Assembly: GCA_963822945.1 (NCBI GenBank)
Contig: CAWGJO010000033.1
Coordinates: 1 to 64,000, forward strand
DNA: 64,000 bases
Direction of reading: 5' to 3'
Source: an uncultured Gemmatimonadaceae bacterium
Lineage (GTDB): Bacteria > Gemmatimonadota > Gemmatimonadetes > Gemmatimonadales > Gemmatimonadaceae
A model generated the notes under the pieces. The model was given only the letters and a program-made list of their open reading frames with translations. It searched no databases and was not told where the DNA came from. The translations under genes and the position numbers were made by a program. This document shows, one piece after another, positions 30,801-38,780 of the stretch. How positions within the stretch are numbered: position 1 is the stretch's first letter; every line of letters begins with the position of its first letter.

Positions 30801-30984
30801 CGCGTCGCGCCGGCCGCTGGGCGTGGCCGTGGTCGGCGGTCTCGCCTTCTCGCAGGTCGTGACGCTGTACGTCACGCCCGTGTTCTACTCGTACATGGAC
30901 GAACTCCAGGCCTGGGGCGGCCGCCAGTTCTCGCGCTTCACCGCGCGCGCCACCGGCGAACCCATTCCGGCCACGGGCGACTGA
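27874..30984 (+). CDS. RND efflux permease (MdtB/MdtC-like), copy 1
   Basis: FIRRPV, VGFVVDDAIVMLENI, GIVKKNAIMM, RFRPIMMTT. Confidence 0.95.
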   Translation: MSLTGLFIRRPVMTTLLMIGIVVFGVFSYRQLPVSDLPITDSPSIGVGARLPGASPETMAATVATPLEKAFSAVAGIDEITSRSSLGSTNISLTFSPDRDIDAAAQDVNAAISQAMAALPAGIHPPSMYKHNQAAAPILFMALTSADLPLQTVDEFAETDIAQRLSMVDGVAEVQVWGSAKYAVRVDVDPMKLAARHIGVSQVAQAIRNNNVMLPTGVLYGKNRTLTVNATGQLTDAAQFRRLIIAYRNGGAVRLGDVATVRDDIENNKGASWYNDERAIGLAVMRQPGVNTVEVADAVKAELAEIEKGLPQDVKVIIQFDRSVSIQHSVHDVKFSLIVSLCLVVMVIFLFLRNIVATMIPTLTLPMSIIGTFSIMALLNFSVDNLSLMALTLAVGFVVDDAIVMLENIVRHLEMGKPPMRAALEGSREVGFTILSMTLSLSAVFIPLMFMGGQIGRLFKEFAVTISVAILVSGFVSLTLTPMLCSRLLKAKSEQKHGRWFNATERAFQRTLHAYERSLAWVMEHRPYALAFSALVLVLTGVLFTVIPKGLFPPDDTGQLDGTTEAAQGTSYPEMLRLQKIAMARLRTDTNIVSFRSSIGGGFGSSNQGRLSVTLKPQGQRPSADAMVTELTELESGIPGLAVYFQNPPAIRIGGRSAKSQYQFTLQGSDIDTLYAEAGKLMARLEKLPQLSGVTSDLANRAPILRVHIDRQRALSLGVTPASIERALADAYNEQQVSTIYTPTNEYWVVMETVPSAQADANALSRFFVPGSAGRMIPLSDVAYFEHTVGPLSVAHSGQMASVTISFNLAPGMSLGAAVDLVNRVARTTLPAGITARFNGAAQAFEASQQGMGLMLLITVFIIYIILGILYESFIHPITILTGLPFAAFGALLALWVTHVELGVYGYVGIIMLVGIVKKNAIMMIDFAIAAERDQHLTPAQAIVHAASVRFRPIMMTTVSAIASTLPIAIGVGASAASRRPLGVAVVGGLAFSQVVTLYVTPVFYSYMDELQAWGGRQFSRFTARATGEPIPATGD

Positions 30985-31030
30985 TGCACGCCCGCCCCCT
31001 GCCCGGACCCCGCTTCCCCCGGATCCCGCT

Positions 31031-34000
31031 GTGAACTTCACCACGCTGTTCATCAAACGCCCGGTCATGACCACGTTGGTCATGGTCGGCATCCTCGTGT
31101 TCGGGCTCGTCGCGTACCGGCAGCTGCCGGTGAGCGATCTGCCCAACGTGGACTTCCCGACGATCACGGTGAACGCCACCCTGCCGGGCACCAGCCCGCA
31201 GACGATGGCCGCCACCGTGGCCACGCCGCTGGAGAAGCAGTTCTCCACGATCGCCGGCATCGACAACATGACGTCCACGTCGAGCCTCGGCGCCACGCAG
31301 ATCGTCATCCAGTTCTCGCTCGACCGGAACATCGATGCCGCGGCGCAGGACGTGCAGGCGGCCATCGCCCAGACCACGCGCAGCCTGCCCCAGGGCATCG
31401 TGCCGCCGTCGTACCAGAAGTCGAATCCCGCCGACGCGCCGATTCTCACGCTCGCCCTCACGTCCACCGAAGTGCCGCTGTCCACGCTCGACGAGATCGG
31501 CGAGACGACGCTCGCCCAGCGGCTGTCGATGGTGGGCGGGGTGGCGCAGGTGCTGGTGTACGGCGCGCAGAAGTACGCGGTGCGCGTGCAGCTCGATCCG
31601 GCGCAGCTCGCCACGCGCGGCATCGCGCTCGAGGACGTGGCCACGGCGATCGCCAACCAGAACGTGAACATGCCCACCGGCGTGCTGTGGGGGCCCAAGA
31701 CGGCGCTCACCGTGCAGGCCACCGGGCAACTCTCCGACGCCCAGCAGTTCGGCGACGTGATCGTGGCCTACCGCAACGGCGCGCCCGTGCACCTGGACGA
31801 GGTGGGCCGCATCACCAACGACGTGCAGAACAACAAGACCGCCAGCTGGTACGACGGCGAGCGGTCGATCGTGCTCGCCGTGCAGCGGCAGCCCGGCACG
31901 AACACGGTGGACGTGGCCAACCGCGTGAAGGCCGCGATCGCCCGGCTGCAGGCCGAGGTGCCGCCCACGGTCAAGGTCTCCACGCTGTACGACCGCTCCT
32001 CCACCATCCGCGCCTCGGTGGACGACGTGACCTTCACCCTCGAGCTGACGCTGGCGCTCGTGGTGATGGTCATCTTCCTGTTCCTGCGCAACGCGTCGGC
32101 CACGATCATCCCGAGCATGGCGCTGCCGATGTCCATCATCGGCACGTTCTCGGTGATGTATCTGCTGCACTACAGCCTGGACAACCTGTCGCTGATGGCG
32201 CTCACGCTCGCCGTGGGGTTCGTGGTCGACGACGCGATCGTGATGCTCGAGAACATCGTGCGCCACCTGGAGATGGGGAAACCCAAGCTCCAGGCGGCCA
32301 TCGACGGCGCCTCCGAAGTCGGGTTCACCATCCTGTCGATGACGTTCTCGCTGGCCGCCGTATTCATTCCCTTCCTGTTCATGGGCGGGATCATCGGCAA
32401 GCTGTTCCACGAGTTCGCGGTGACCATCGGCGTGGCGATCCTCGTGTCGGGCTTCGTTTCGCTGACCCTCACGCCCATGCTGTCGAGCCGTTTCCTGCGC
32501 AGCCAGCACGACCGGGAGCACGGGCGGTTCTATCACACCACGGAGCGGTTCTTCAACTGGTGGCTGGACGTGTACGAGCGGTCGCTGGCGTGGGTGATGC
32601 AGCGCCGCCGCGGGGCGCTCATCTTCTCGTTCGTCACGCTCGTCGTCACGGGGTGGCTGTTCTGGGCCATTCCCAAGGGGCTGTTCCCCACCGACGACAC
32701 CGGCCAGCTGCTGGCCACCACCGAGGCCGCCGAGGGCATCTCGTTCGACGCGCTCACGCAGCGGCAACAGCAGGTGGCGGCGGTCGTGGCGCAGGATCCG
32801 GACGTCCGTTCGGTGACGTCGTCGGTGGGGACGACGCCGGCCGCCAACCAGGGCCAGCTCACCATCGATCTCAAGCCGATCGGCGAGCGGCACCGCAGCG
32901 CCGAACAGATCGCGCGCGACATCACCGATCGCCTGGCCAGCGTTCCCGACATCGCCGTGTTCATCCAGAACCCGCCCGCCATCTCCATCGGCGGGCTCGC
33001 GTCGAAGAGTCTGTACCAGTTCACGATGCAGAGCGGCAACATGCCGGTGCTCGACAGCACGGCGCGCGTGCTCGAGCACAAGCTCCGCCAGATCCCGATG
33101 CTCACCGACGTCACCAGCGACCTGCTGATCAACAATCCGCAGGTGACGGTGGACATCGATCGCGAACAGGCCGGCCAGCTCGGCGTGTCGGCCGCCGAGA
33201 TCGAGAACACGCTCTACGACGCGTTCGGGCAGCGGCAGGTGTCCACGATCTACACCTCCACCAACGAGTACTGGGTGGTGATGGAGCTGCTGCCGGAATA
33301 CCAGTCGGACGTGGATGCGCTGGGGCGGCTGTGGGTACGGTCGTCGCGCGGGCCGCTGGTGCCGTTGAGCACGGTGGCGCGGTTCAGCGACAGCGTCGGG
33401 CCGGTGACGGTGAACCACTCGGGCCAGCTCCCCTCGGCCACGATCTCGTTCAACCTCGCGCCCGGCGTGTCGCTCGGCACGGCGCTGGCCGAGGTGAAGA
33501 CGGAGGCCGCGGCGGTGTTGCCGGCCAACGTGGCGGGAAGCTTCAGCGGCATCGCGCAGGCGTTCGTCGACACGCAGCAGGGGCTGGTGGTGCTGCTCAT
33601 CCTCGCCGTGTTCGTGATCTACGTGATCCTCGGCGTGTTGTACGAGAGCTTCATCCATCCGGTCACGATTCTCACGGGACTGCCGTTCGCCGCCTTTGGG
33701 GCGCTGAGCACGCTCTGGATCTTCCACCTCGACCTCGACATCTACGGGTTCGTGGGGGTGATCATGCTCATCGGCATCGTGGAGAAGAACGCGATCATGA
33801 TGATCGACTTCGCCATCGAGGCGCAGCGGGAGAGCGGCAAGTCGCCGTCCGAGGCGATTCTCGAGGCGGCGAGCGTGCGGTTCCGCCCGATCATGATGAC
33901 GACGATGGCGGCGCTGATGGGCGCGATCCCGATTGCCGTGGGGTGGGGCGCCGGCGCATCCACGCGGCGGCCGCTGGGCGTGGCGGTGGTGGGAGGCCTG

Positions 34001-34141
34001 GCCTTCTCGCAGCTCGTGACGCTGTACGTGACGCCGGTGTTCTATACGTATCTCGACGAGCTGCAGACGCGCTTCGCGCGGGGGCGTGCAGCGGCAGAGC
34101 TGGCCGGCGGCCCGCTCGCGGAAGGCGCCTCGGCGGACTAG
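31031..34141 (+). CDS. RND efflux permease (MdtB/MdtC-like), copy 2
   Basis: FIKRPV, VGFVVDDAIVMLENI, GIVEKNAIMM, RFRPIMMTT. Confidence 0.95.
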   Translation: MNFTTLFIKRPVMTTLVMVGILVFGLVAYRQLPVSDLPNVDFPTITVNATLPGTSPQTMAATVATPLEKQFSTIAGIDNMTSTSSLGATQIVIQFSLDRNIDAAAQDVQAAIAQTTRSLPQGIVPPSYQKSNPADAPILTLALTSTEVPLSTLDEIGETTLAQRLSMVGGVAQVLVYGAQKYAVRVQLDPAQLATRGIALEDVATAIANQNVNMPTGVLWGPKTALTVQATGQLSDAQQFGDVIVAYRNGAPVHLDEVGRITNDVQNNKTASWYDGERSIVLAVQRQPGTNTVDVANRVKAAIARLQAEVPPTVKVSTLYDRSSTIRASVDDVTFTLELTLALVVMVIFLFLRNASATIIPSMALPMSIIGTFSVMYLLHYSLDNLSLMALTLAVGFVVDDAIVMLENIVRHLEMGKPKLQAAIDGASEVGFTILSMTFSLAAVFIPFLFMGGIIGKLFHEFAVTIGVAILVSGFVSLTLTPMLSSRFLRSQHDREHGRFYHTTERFFNWWLDVYERSLAWVMQRRRGALIFSFVTLVVTGWLFWAIPKGLFPTDDTGQLLATTEAAEGISFDALTQRQQQVAAVVAQDPDVRSVTSSVGTTPAANQGQLTIDLKPIGERHRSAEQIARDITDRLASVPDIAVFIQNPPAISIGGLASKSLYQFTMQSGNMPVLDSTARVLEHKLRQIPMLTDVTSDLLINNPQVTVDIDREQAGQLGVSAAEIENTLYDAFGQRQVSTIYTSTNEYWVVMELLPEYQSDVDALGRLWVRSSRGPLVPLSTVARFSDSVGPVTVNHSGQLPSATISFNLAPGVSLGTALAEVKTEAAAVLPANVAGSFSGIAQAFVDTQQGLVVLLILAVFVIYVILGVLYESFIHPVTILTGLPFAAFGALSTLWIFHLDLDIYGFVGVIMLIGIVEKNAIMMIDFAIEAQRESGKSPSEAILEAASVRFRPIMMTTMAALMGAIPIAVGWGAGASTRRPLGVAVVGGLAFSQLVTLYVTPVFYTYLDELQTRFARGRAAAELAGGPLAEGASAD

Positions 34142-34171
34142 CTTCGGAACGACATCGTTCCGGAGTCACGC

Positions 34172-34906
34172 ATGCAGATGGATCGTGATATCGGCCGTGC
34201 CCTGATTCTCGGCACGGCGATCGTGGTCGCGGGTGCACTGGTTGGGTACGGCCTCACCCGCGTGCGACCCACCGAGCGGTACGTGACCGTGAAGGGCGTC
34301 GCCGAGCGCCAGGTCCGTGCCGACCTCGCCATCTGGCCGCTGCACCTGGTGGCCGCGTCCAACGATCTCGCCGGCGCCAACGCCGAGATCGAACGCAGCG
34401 TGATCAAGGTGCGCCAATTCCTCGGCCGGCACGGCATCGACACCTCGCAGGTGAGCGTGCAGCAGTTCTCGGTGGCCGACGCCCAGACGAATCAGTTCGG
34501 ATCGTCGCCGCGCCCGGGGTCGCGGTTCGTCATTCATCAGACGCTGATCGTGCGATCCACCGATCCGGCGGCCGTGCAGGCGGCCAGTCAGCAGGTGGCC
34601 GAGTTGGTGAGCAGCGGCGTCGTGCTCTCGTCGGGCGCCGAGTACGGACCCGGCGGACCGACGTTCGTGTTCTCCGGGCTGAACAAGCTGAAGCCGGAGA
34701 TGATCGGCGAGGCCACGAGCCGCGCCCGCGAGGGGGCGGAGCAGTTCGCCCGCGACTCGCACGCCACCGTGGGCGGCATCCTGCGCGCCAATCAGGGCGT
34801 GTTCGAGATCCTGCCGCGCGACCAGGCCGACGGCATCACCGAGGCCAGCCAGATCGACAAGACGGTGCGGGTGGTGTCGACCATCGACTTCGTGCTCTCC
34901 AACTGA
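34172..34906 (+). CDS. SIMPL domain (DUF541) protein
   Basis: RYVTVKGVAERQVRADLAIW, LNKLKPEMI, ANQGVFEI, KTVRVVST. Confidence 0.88.
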   Translation: MQMDRDIGRALILGTAIVVAGALVGYGLTRVRPTERYVTVKGVAERQVRADLAIWPLHLVAASNDLAGANAEIERSVIKVRQFLGRHGIDTSQVSVQQFSVADAQTNQFGSSPRPGSRFVIHQTLIVRSTDPAAVQAASQQVAELVSSGVVLSSGAEYGPGGPTFVFSGLNKLKPEMIGEATSRAREGAEQFARDSHATVGGILRANQGVFEILPRDQADGITEASQIDKTVRVVSTIDFVLSN

Positions 34907-34921
34907 GTCGGGGACGCAACC

Positions 34922-36191
34922 ATGATTCATCGAAGCCTTCGTCCGTGCGTGGTGGCTCTCGCCGCCGCTCTGGCCGCGACCACGACCCGGGCGCAGCAGC
35001 CCGCCCGTCCGCACTGGATCGCCACCTGGAGCCCGAGTGCGTCGGCCATGCCCGCCCGGCCGGCAGACGGGAAGCCGGATCCCGTGGAGACCTGGGCCCG
35101 CCGCACGCTCCGCGAGATCGTGCACACGACGATCGGCGGCGACAGCGTGCGCATCCGGATCTCCAACCAGTACGGCGACCGCCCGCTCACCATCGGCGAG
35201 GCGCGCATCGCGCTGCGCGCTGATACGGGCGGCCCCGCCACGAAACCGGGCACCGACCGCGCCCTCACCTTCGGCGGCCGGCCGGCGGTGACCATCGGTG
35301 CCGGCGCCACGGTGATCAGCGACCCCATCGCGTACCACGTGCCGCAGCTCTCCGACCTTGCGATCAGCCTCTACCTGCCAGACTCGGCGCGCACGTCCAC
35401 GCGGCACCTGCTCGGGTTGCAGACCAACTACGTGTCCACCGAGGGGGATTACGCCCGCGAGACGGCCTTCCCGACGGTGACGGCGGTGCAGCAGTGGATC
35501 TTTCTCACCGGGGTGGACGTGACCAACCCGGCGGCGGCGGGCGCCGTCGTGGCGTTCGGGAATTCGATCACCGACGGCTATCACTCCACGCCGGACGCCA
35601 ACCGCCGATGGCCCGATGACCTCGCGCGGCGGCTGCTCACCACGCCCGGCGCGCCGGTACTCGCGCGTGGTGAACGCGGGGATCTCGGGCAATCGCGTGC
35701 TCAACCCCGGGGCGGGGCCGAGCGCGCTGGAGCGTTTCGACCGCGACGTGCTCGACGAGCCCGGCGCGCGGTACGTGATCATCCTGGAAGGGATCAACGA
35801 CATCGGGCTGGCCAACTTCTCCAAGCGGGGCGCCGATTCGGTGAGCGCGGCGGACGTCATCTTCGGGCTGAGCCAGTTGGCGGAACGGGCGCACGAGCGG
35901 GGGCTGGTGGTATACGGCGCCACGCTCACGCCCTTCCAGGCGCCGCAGCCCTACGGCTACTACTCGGCGGAGTCGGAGGCCAGACGGGATTCGGTGAACG
36001 CCTGGATCCGGACCGGCGGCGCGTTCGACGGCGTCATAGATTTCGACGCGGTGACGCGCGATCCGAGCCACCCGACCCGCTTCCTGCCGGCGTACGACGG
36101 AGATCATCTCCATCCGAACGACGCCGGGTACGCGGCGATGGCGGCCTCGATCGATCTCGGACTCTTCCGCGCGCCGCCGCTCCATCACTAG
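34922..36191 (+). CDS. Secreted SGNH/GDSL hydrolase (frameshift near 35666)
   Basis: VAFGNSITDG; after the shift VNAGISGN, LEGIND, DHLHPND. Confidence 0.88.
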
Positions 36192-36205
36192 AGAGTGGTC
36201 AATTC

Positions 36206-36487
36206 ATGAAGTACCGCAACAAGACGGTCACCGTCGTGATCGACGTCCGATCGCGACTGGAGTTCTTCTTCGGGCACGTGCCGGGAGCGGTGTGCATTCC
36301 GGTGCAGAAGGTGAGCCACGAGGCATTGGAGAGGCGCGGCATCGCCCGCGACGCCGGCATCCTGGTGTACTGCGCCAGCGGCTCCCGCTCGGCGGGCGCG
36401 GCCCAGGCGCTCAAGCGCGCCGGCTACTCGCGCGTCGTGGACGGCGGCGGGCTGGCCGAGGTGAAGAAGCACCTGCGAGACGGCTGA
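36206..36487 (+). CDS. Rhodanese-like domain protein
   Basis: IDVRS..EF..GHVPGA, YCASGSRS, AGY..V.DGGG. Confidence 0.88.
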   Translation: MKYRNKTVTVVIDVRSRLEFFFGHVPGAVCIPVQKVSHEALERRGIARDAGILVYCASGSRSAGAAQALKRAGYSRVVDGGGLAEVKKHLRDG

Positions 36488-36543
36488 GTACCAGCAGCGG
36501 GCAGTTGGCGGCCCGAAGTCTGCGGCGCTGCTCCGGCCTGTTC

Positions 36544-36650
36544 GTTGCCCGGGCGCCACCCTTGCAGCTCAGCCGTTCGGAGGCAAACGCTTTGGACTCC
36601 GACGAACGATCGAACGGATCGAACGGATCGGAACGGATCGAGACATGGGG
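36544..36650 (+). repeat. Repeat arm A (leader + GAACGGAT-type array), downstream of the GxxExxY gene
   Basis: GGCGCCACCCTTGCAGCTCAGC leader, then CGAACGAT CGAACGGAT CGAACGGAT CGGAACGGAT CGAGACATG. Confidence 0.85.
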
Positions 36651-37182
36651 TGGGGACTTGCGTTCGGCTAAAACGTGGCAGCCACTCCGGCTCACCGGTC
36701 AGGCTCTCGTAGCCGGTTCTCGCTGAGCACGCGGTGAAAGCGGGGCTCACGGCCGAAGTGCAGGAGTAGCCCTACCTCGAGATCGGTAGCACAGAGATAG
36801 CTGAACAGTTGGGCTGTCGCGTCGGGCGCGAGGTACGCAGTGGCCTTGATCTCGATGACGATTCTGCCGTCAACGATCATGTCCAGTTTCTGCCGCGCGA
36901 GGGGTCGCCCACGGTAGTAGACCATGACGGCTACTTCTCGATCCACGTGATGACCGGCTTCGGCCAGCTCTCGTTCGAGCGCCAGTCCGTAGATGTGCTC
37001 TCGGTAGCCGTGGCGCAGGCCGTTGTAAACCCGAAAGAAGCAGCCGATTATCGAGCGCGTACGCTCTGCTTCCAGCAGCCAGGGCCGTTCACCTTCAGTC
37101 ATCCGTTCAGATTCGTTGCATCCGTTCGATCCGTATCACCATTCGTTGGCACTCCGCATCGTTGAGCTGCACGGGCGGCGTC
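36552..37182. mobile_element. Putative GxxExxY cassette bounded by long imperfect inverted arms
   Basis: 36552-36573 vs reverse complement of 37161-37182 match 18/22, each followed inward by GAACGGA arrays; the enclosed gene has less GC3-biased codons than its neighbours. Mobility is inferred only. Confidence 0.5.
36692..37102 (-). CDS. GxxExxY protein (PD-(D/E)XK nuclease superfamily)
   Basis: 136 aa; GYREHIY motif; LDMIVDGRIVIEIKA (D..ExK); AQLFSYL; GLLLHFG. Confidence 0.92.
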   Translation of the reverse strand: MTEGERPWLLEAERTRSIIGCFFRVYNGLRHGYREHIYGLALERELAEAGHHVDREVAVMVYYRGRPLARQKLDMIVDGRIVIEIKATAYLAPDATAQLFSYLCATDLEVGLLLHFGREPRFHRVLSENRLREPDR

Positions 37183-37190
37183 TGCAAAGC
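37100..37190 (-). repeat. Repeat arm B (inverted relative to arm A; last unit supplies the ATG)
   Basis: - strand: GACGCCGCCCGTGCAGCTCAAC..CCAACGA ATGGTGATACGGA TCGAACGGA TGCAACGAA TCTGAACGG-ATG. Confidence 0.85.
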
Positions 37191-37260
37191 TCGGCCGGGC
37201 AGGCACGAGGGGTCCGGACGTAGACAGTGCGGTGGCGCTCGGGCGGCTCGGCCGGGAAGG

Positions 37261-37325
37261 TGTCTACGGACTGGATGCGGAGCGTACGAGCCGGAACGGA
37301 TCAGAACGGGATCAAGACATGAGGG
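37261..37325 (+). repeat. Repeat arm E (back-to-back with arm B)
   Basis: CTACGGA CTGGATGCGGA GCGTACGA GCCGGAACGGA TCAGAACGGGA TCAAGACATGAGG; same TC(A/G)AGACATG end as arm A. Confidence 0.75.
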
Positions 37326-37372
37326 ACAGAAATGAGAGCGGCTGGGAGCTTGCCGCCCTCCCAACCGCTCTC
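37326..37372 (-). terminator. Stem-loop, probable intrinsic terminator of the M28 gene
   Basis: 15-bp stem (37334-37348/37358-37372), fully paired on the - strand with one G-U, followed by ATTTCTGT. Confidence 0.6.
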
Positions 37373-37382
37373 GAGATTCCGC

Positions 37383-37446
37383 CCGACTGTCCGACTGTCC
37401 GACTGTCCGACTGTCCGACTGTCCGACTGTCCGACTGTCCGACTGT
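37383..37446. repeat. (CCGACTGT)8 perfect tandem array
   Basis: Eight exact copies directly abutting the stop codon at 37447-37449. Confidence 0.98.
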
Positions 37447-38700
37447 CTACTTCTTGATCGTCGCCCCCGTCAGCTCCGCCACCGCACCGAGCGTGGTCTG
37501 CGCCGCGTTGAGGCCGAGCATGAAGTCCTTGTCGTTGTACGTGGTGTAGACATCCGTGGGCTGGTGCCAGTTGGGATCCCAGCCGGCGCCGATCTGCGTG
37601 CCGCGCTCGTTCTCGCGCAGGCTGATGGCCGGCACCAGATCCTTGAACGGGTCCGAATCGGTGTTCGTCATGTGCCGGCCCACCTGCGCCGGATAGACGG
37701 TGGCGTACTTCTCGTTCGCGTCCTCGAACACCCAGGCGAGCTTCTCCGACTCGGCGGCCATCTTGGAGTTCGACTGAAACTCGATGTTCACGTCGGCTTC
37801 GGGGCGCTGCTGCTTGCTCACCGTGCCGTCGGCGCGCGGCATGCCGTGGTCCCACAGCATCATGTCGTGCTGGATCATGCCCGAGCCACTTGGGTTCCGG
37901 ATACTTGCCCGAGCCCGGCAGGATCTTCCTTGCCCTGCAGCGGCGCCCGCTGCTCCACGTAGGCGCGGCTGCCGTTCAGCCCCGATCTCCTCGTTGTTCC
38001 AGAGCACGAAGCGAATTGAACGGTCGGTCTTCACGTCGGGGCTGCTGAATACGCGGGCGAGTTCCATCACGAGCGCGGCGCCCGAGCCGTCGTCGTTGGC
38101 GGCCTGGCCCCAGCCGATGCCGTCCATGTGCCCGCCCACGATGTACATCTCGTCCGGGTGCGTGGTGCCGACCTTCGTGCAGTACACTTCCTGCCGTTCG
38201 CCCGCCGTGTCCGGCGTCTGCTCCGTGTCCATGGCGCGGATGGCCGGGTCGGGCTGCTTGAGCGAGTCGGTGTTTACGCCCGTGCGGGCGCGAAGCCCGC
38301 GGTACCGGCCGCCGCCCGACGCGATCTCCGACGGGCCGCGTCCCCGGCCCCGGCCCGCGCCTCGGCCGCGGAAGGCGCCGCGCGCCATGCGCGGACGCGG
38401 CGTGAAGGTGTACGTCAGCCGCTGAACGTCGCTGCACCCGTAGCTCTTGAGCTGCGCCTCGATCCAGTCCACCGCCTTGCGGTTGCGCGCCGTGCCCTGG
38501 CGGCGGTCGCCGAAGTTGGTGAGCCCCTTGATGGTCGCCTTGTAGCGGTCGAGGCTGAGACGGCCGACGAGTTGCGTGATCGTGCTGTCGCGGTCGGCAT
38601 AGCCGCCCTCCTGCACCTGCTGGGCCCGCACGGTGGCGGGCGCGGCGGCGAGCGCGAGGGCGAGCGTGACGGTGGTGGCGATGAACGGTGTGGCGCGCAT
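37447..38700 (-). CDS. Secreted M28 family peptidase (compensating +1 indels at about 37880-37985)
   Basis: Signal peptide; GGHMDG, ANDDGSG, WNNEE, IQHDMM, NTDS, WHQPTD; the garbled stretch reads LNGSRAYVEQR..GKYPEPKWLG in shifted frames. Confidence 0.88.
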   Translation of the reverse strand: MRATPFIATTVTLALALAAAPATVRAQQVQEGGYADRDSTITQLVGRLSLDRYKATIKGLTNFGDRRQGTARNRKAVDWIEAQLKSYGCSDVQRLTYTFTPRPRMARGAFRGRGAGRGRGRGPSEIASGGGRYRGLRARTGVNTDSLKQPDPAIRAMDTEQTPDTAGERQEVYCTKVGTTHPDEMYIVGGHMDGIGWGQAANDDGSGAALVMELARVFSSPDVKTDRSIRFVLWNNEEIGAERQPRLRGAAGAAAGQGRSCRARASIRNPSGSGMIQHDMMLWDHGMPRADGTVSKQQRPEADVNIEFQSNSKMAAESEKLAWVFEDANEKYATVYPAQVGRHMTNTDSDPFKDLVPAISLRENERGTQIGAGWDPNWHQPTDVYTTYNDKDFMLGLNAAQTTLGAVAELTGATIKK

Positions 38701-38780
38701 GACACTCCTCTGGGACGGCGGTGGGTCGGGGGACAGGGGATTCTACGGCGCGGTACCGGGGGTCGCCAGCGCCGCCGCGA

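Noticed and set aside
27874..34141. Recent tandem duplication or DGR-like template/variable repeats between the two RND genes
   Set aside because: Identity is concentrated in conserved TM motifs with divergence elsewhere, as in ordinary MdtB/MdtC paralogues; no adenine-specific pattern and no reverse transcriptase
36530..37200. Classical IS element with target-site duplication
   Set aside because: No DDE, HUH or recombinase motifs, and I could not identify a flanking direct duplication; kept only as an atypical candidate cassette
37383..37446. CRISPR array interpretation of the tandem repeats (also 44073, 46972, 59669)
   Set aside because: Units are 8 bp and contiguous, with no unique spacers and no cas genes in the window
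37232..37549. ORFs translating the octamer arrays (CPTVRLSD / SRTVGQSD repeats; also 44070, 59551, 59660)
   Set aside because: The 8-mer has no stop in these frames, so open frames arise passively; no RBS or protein-like context
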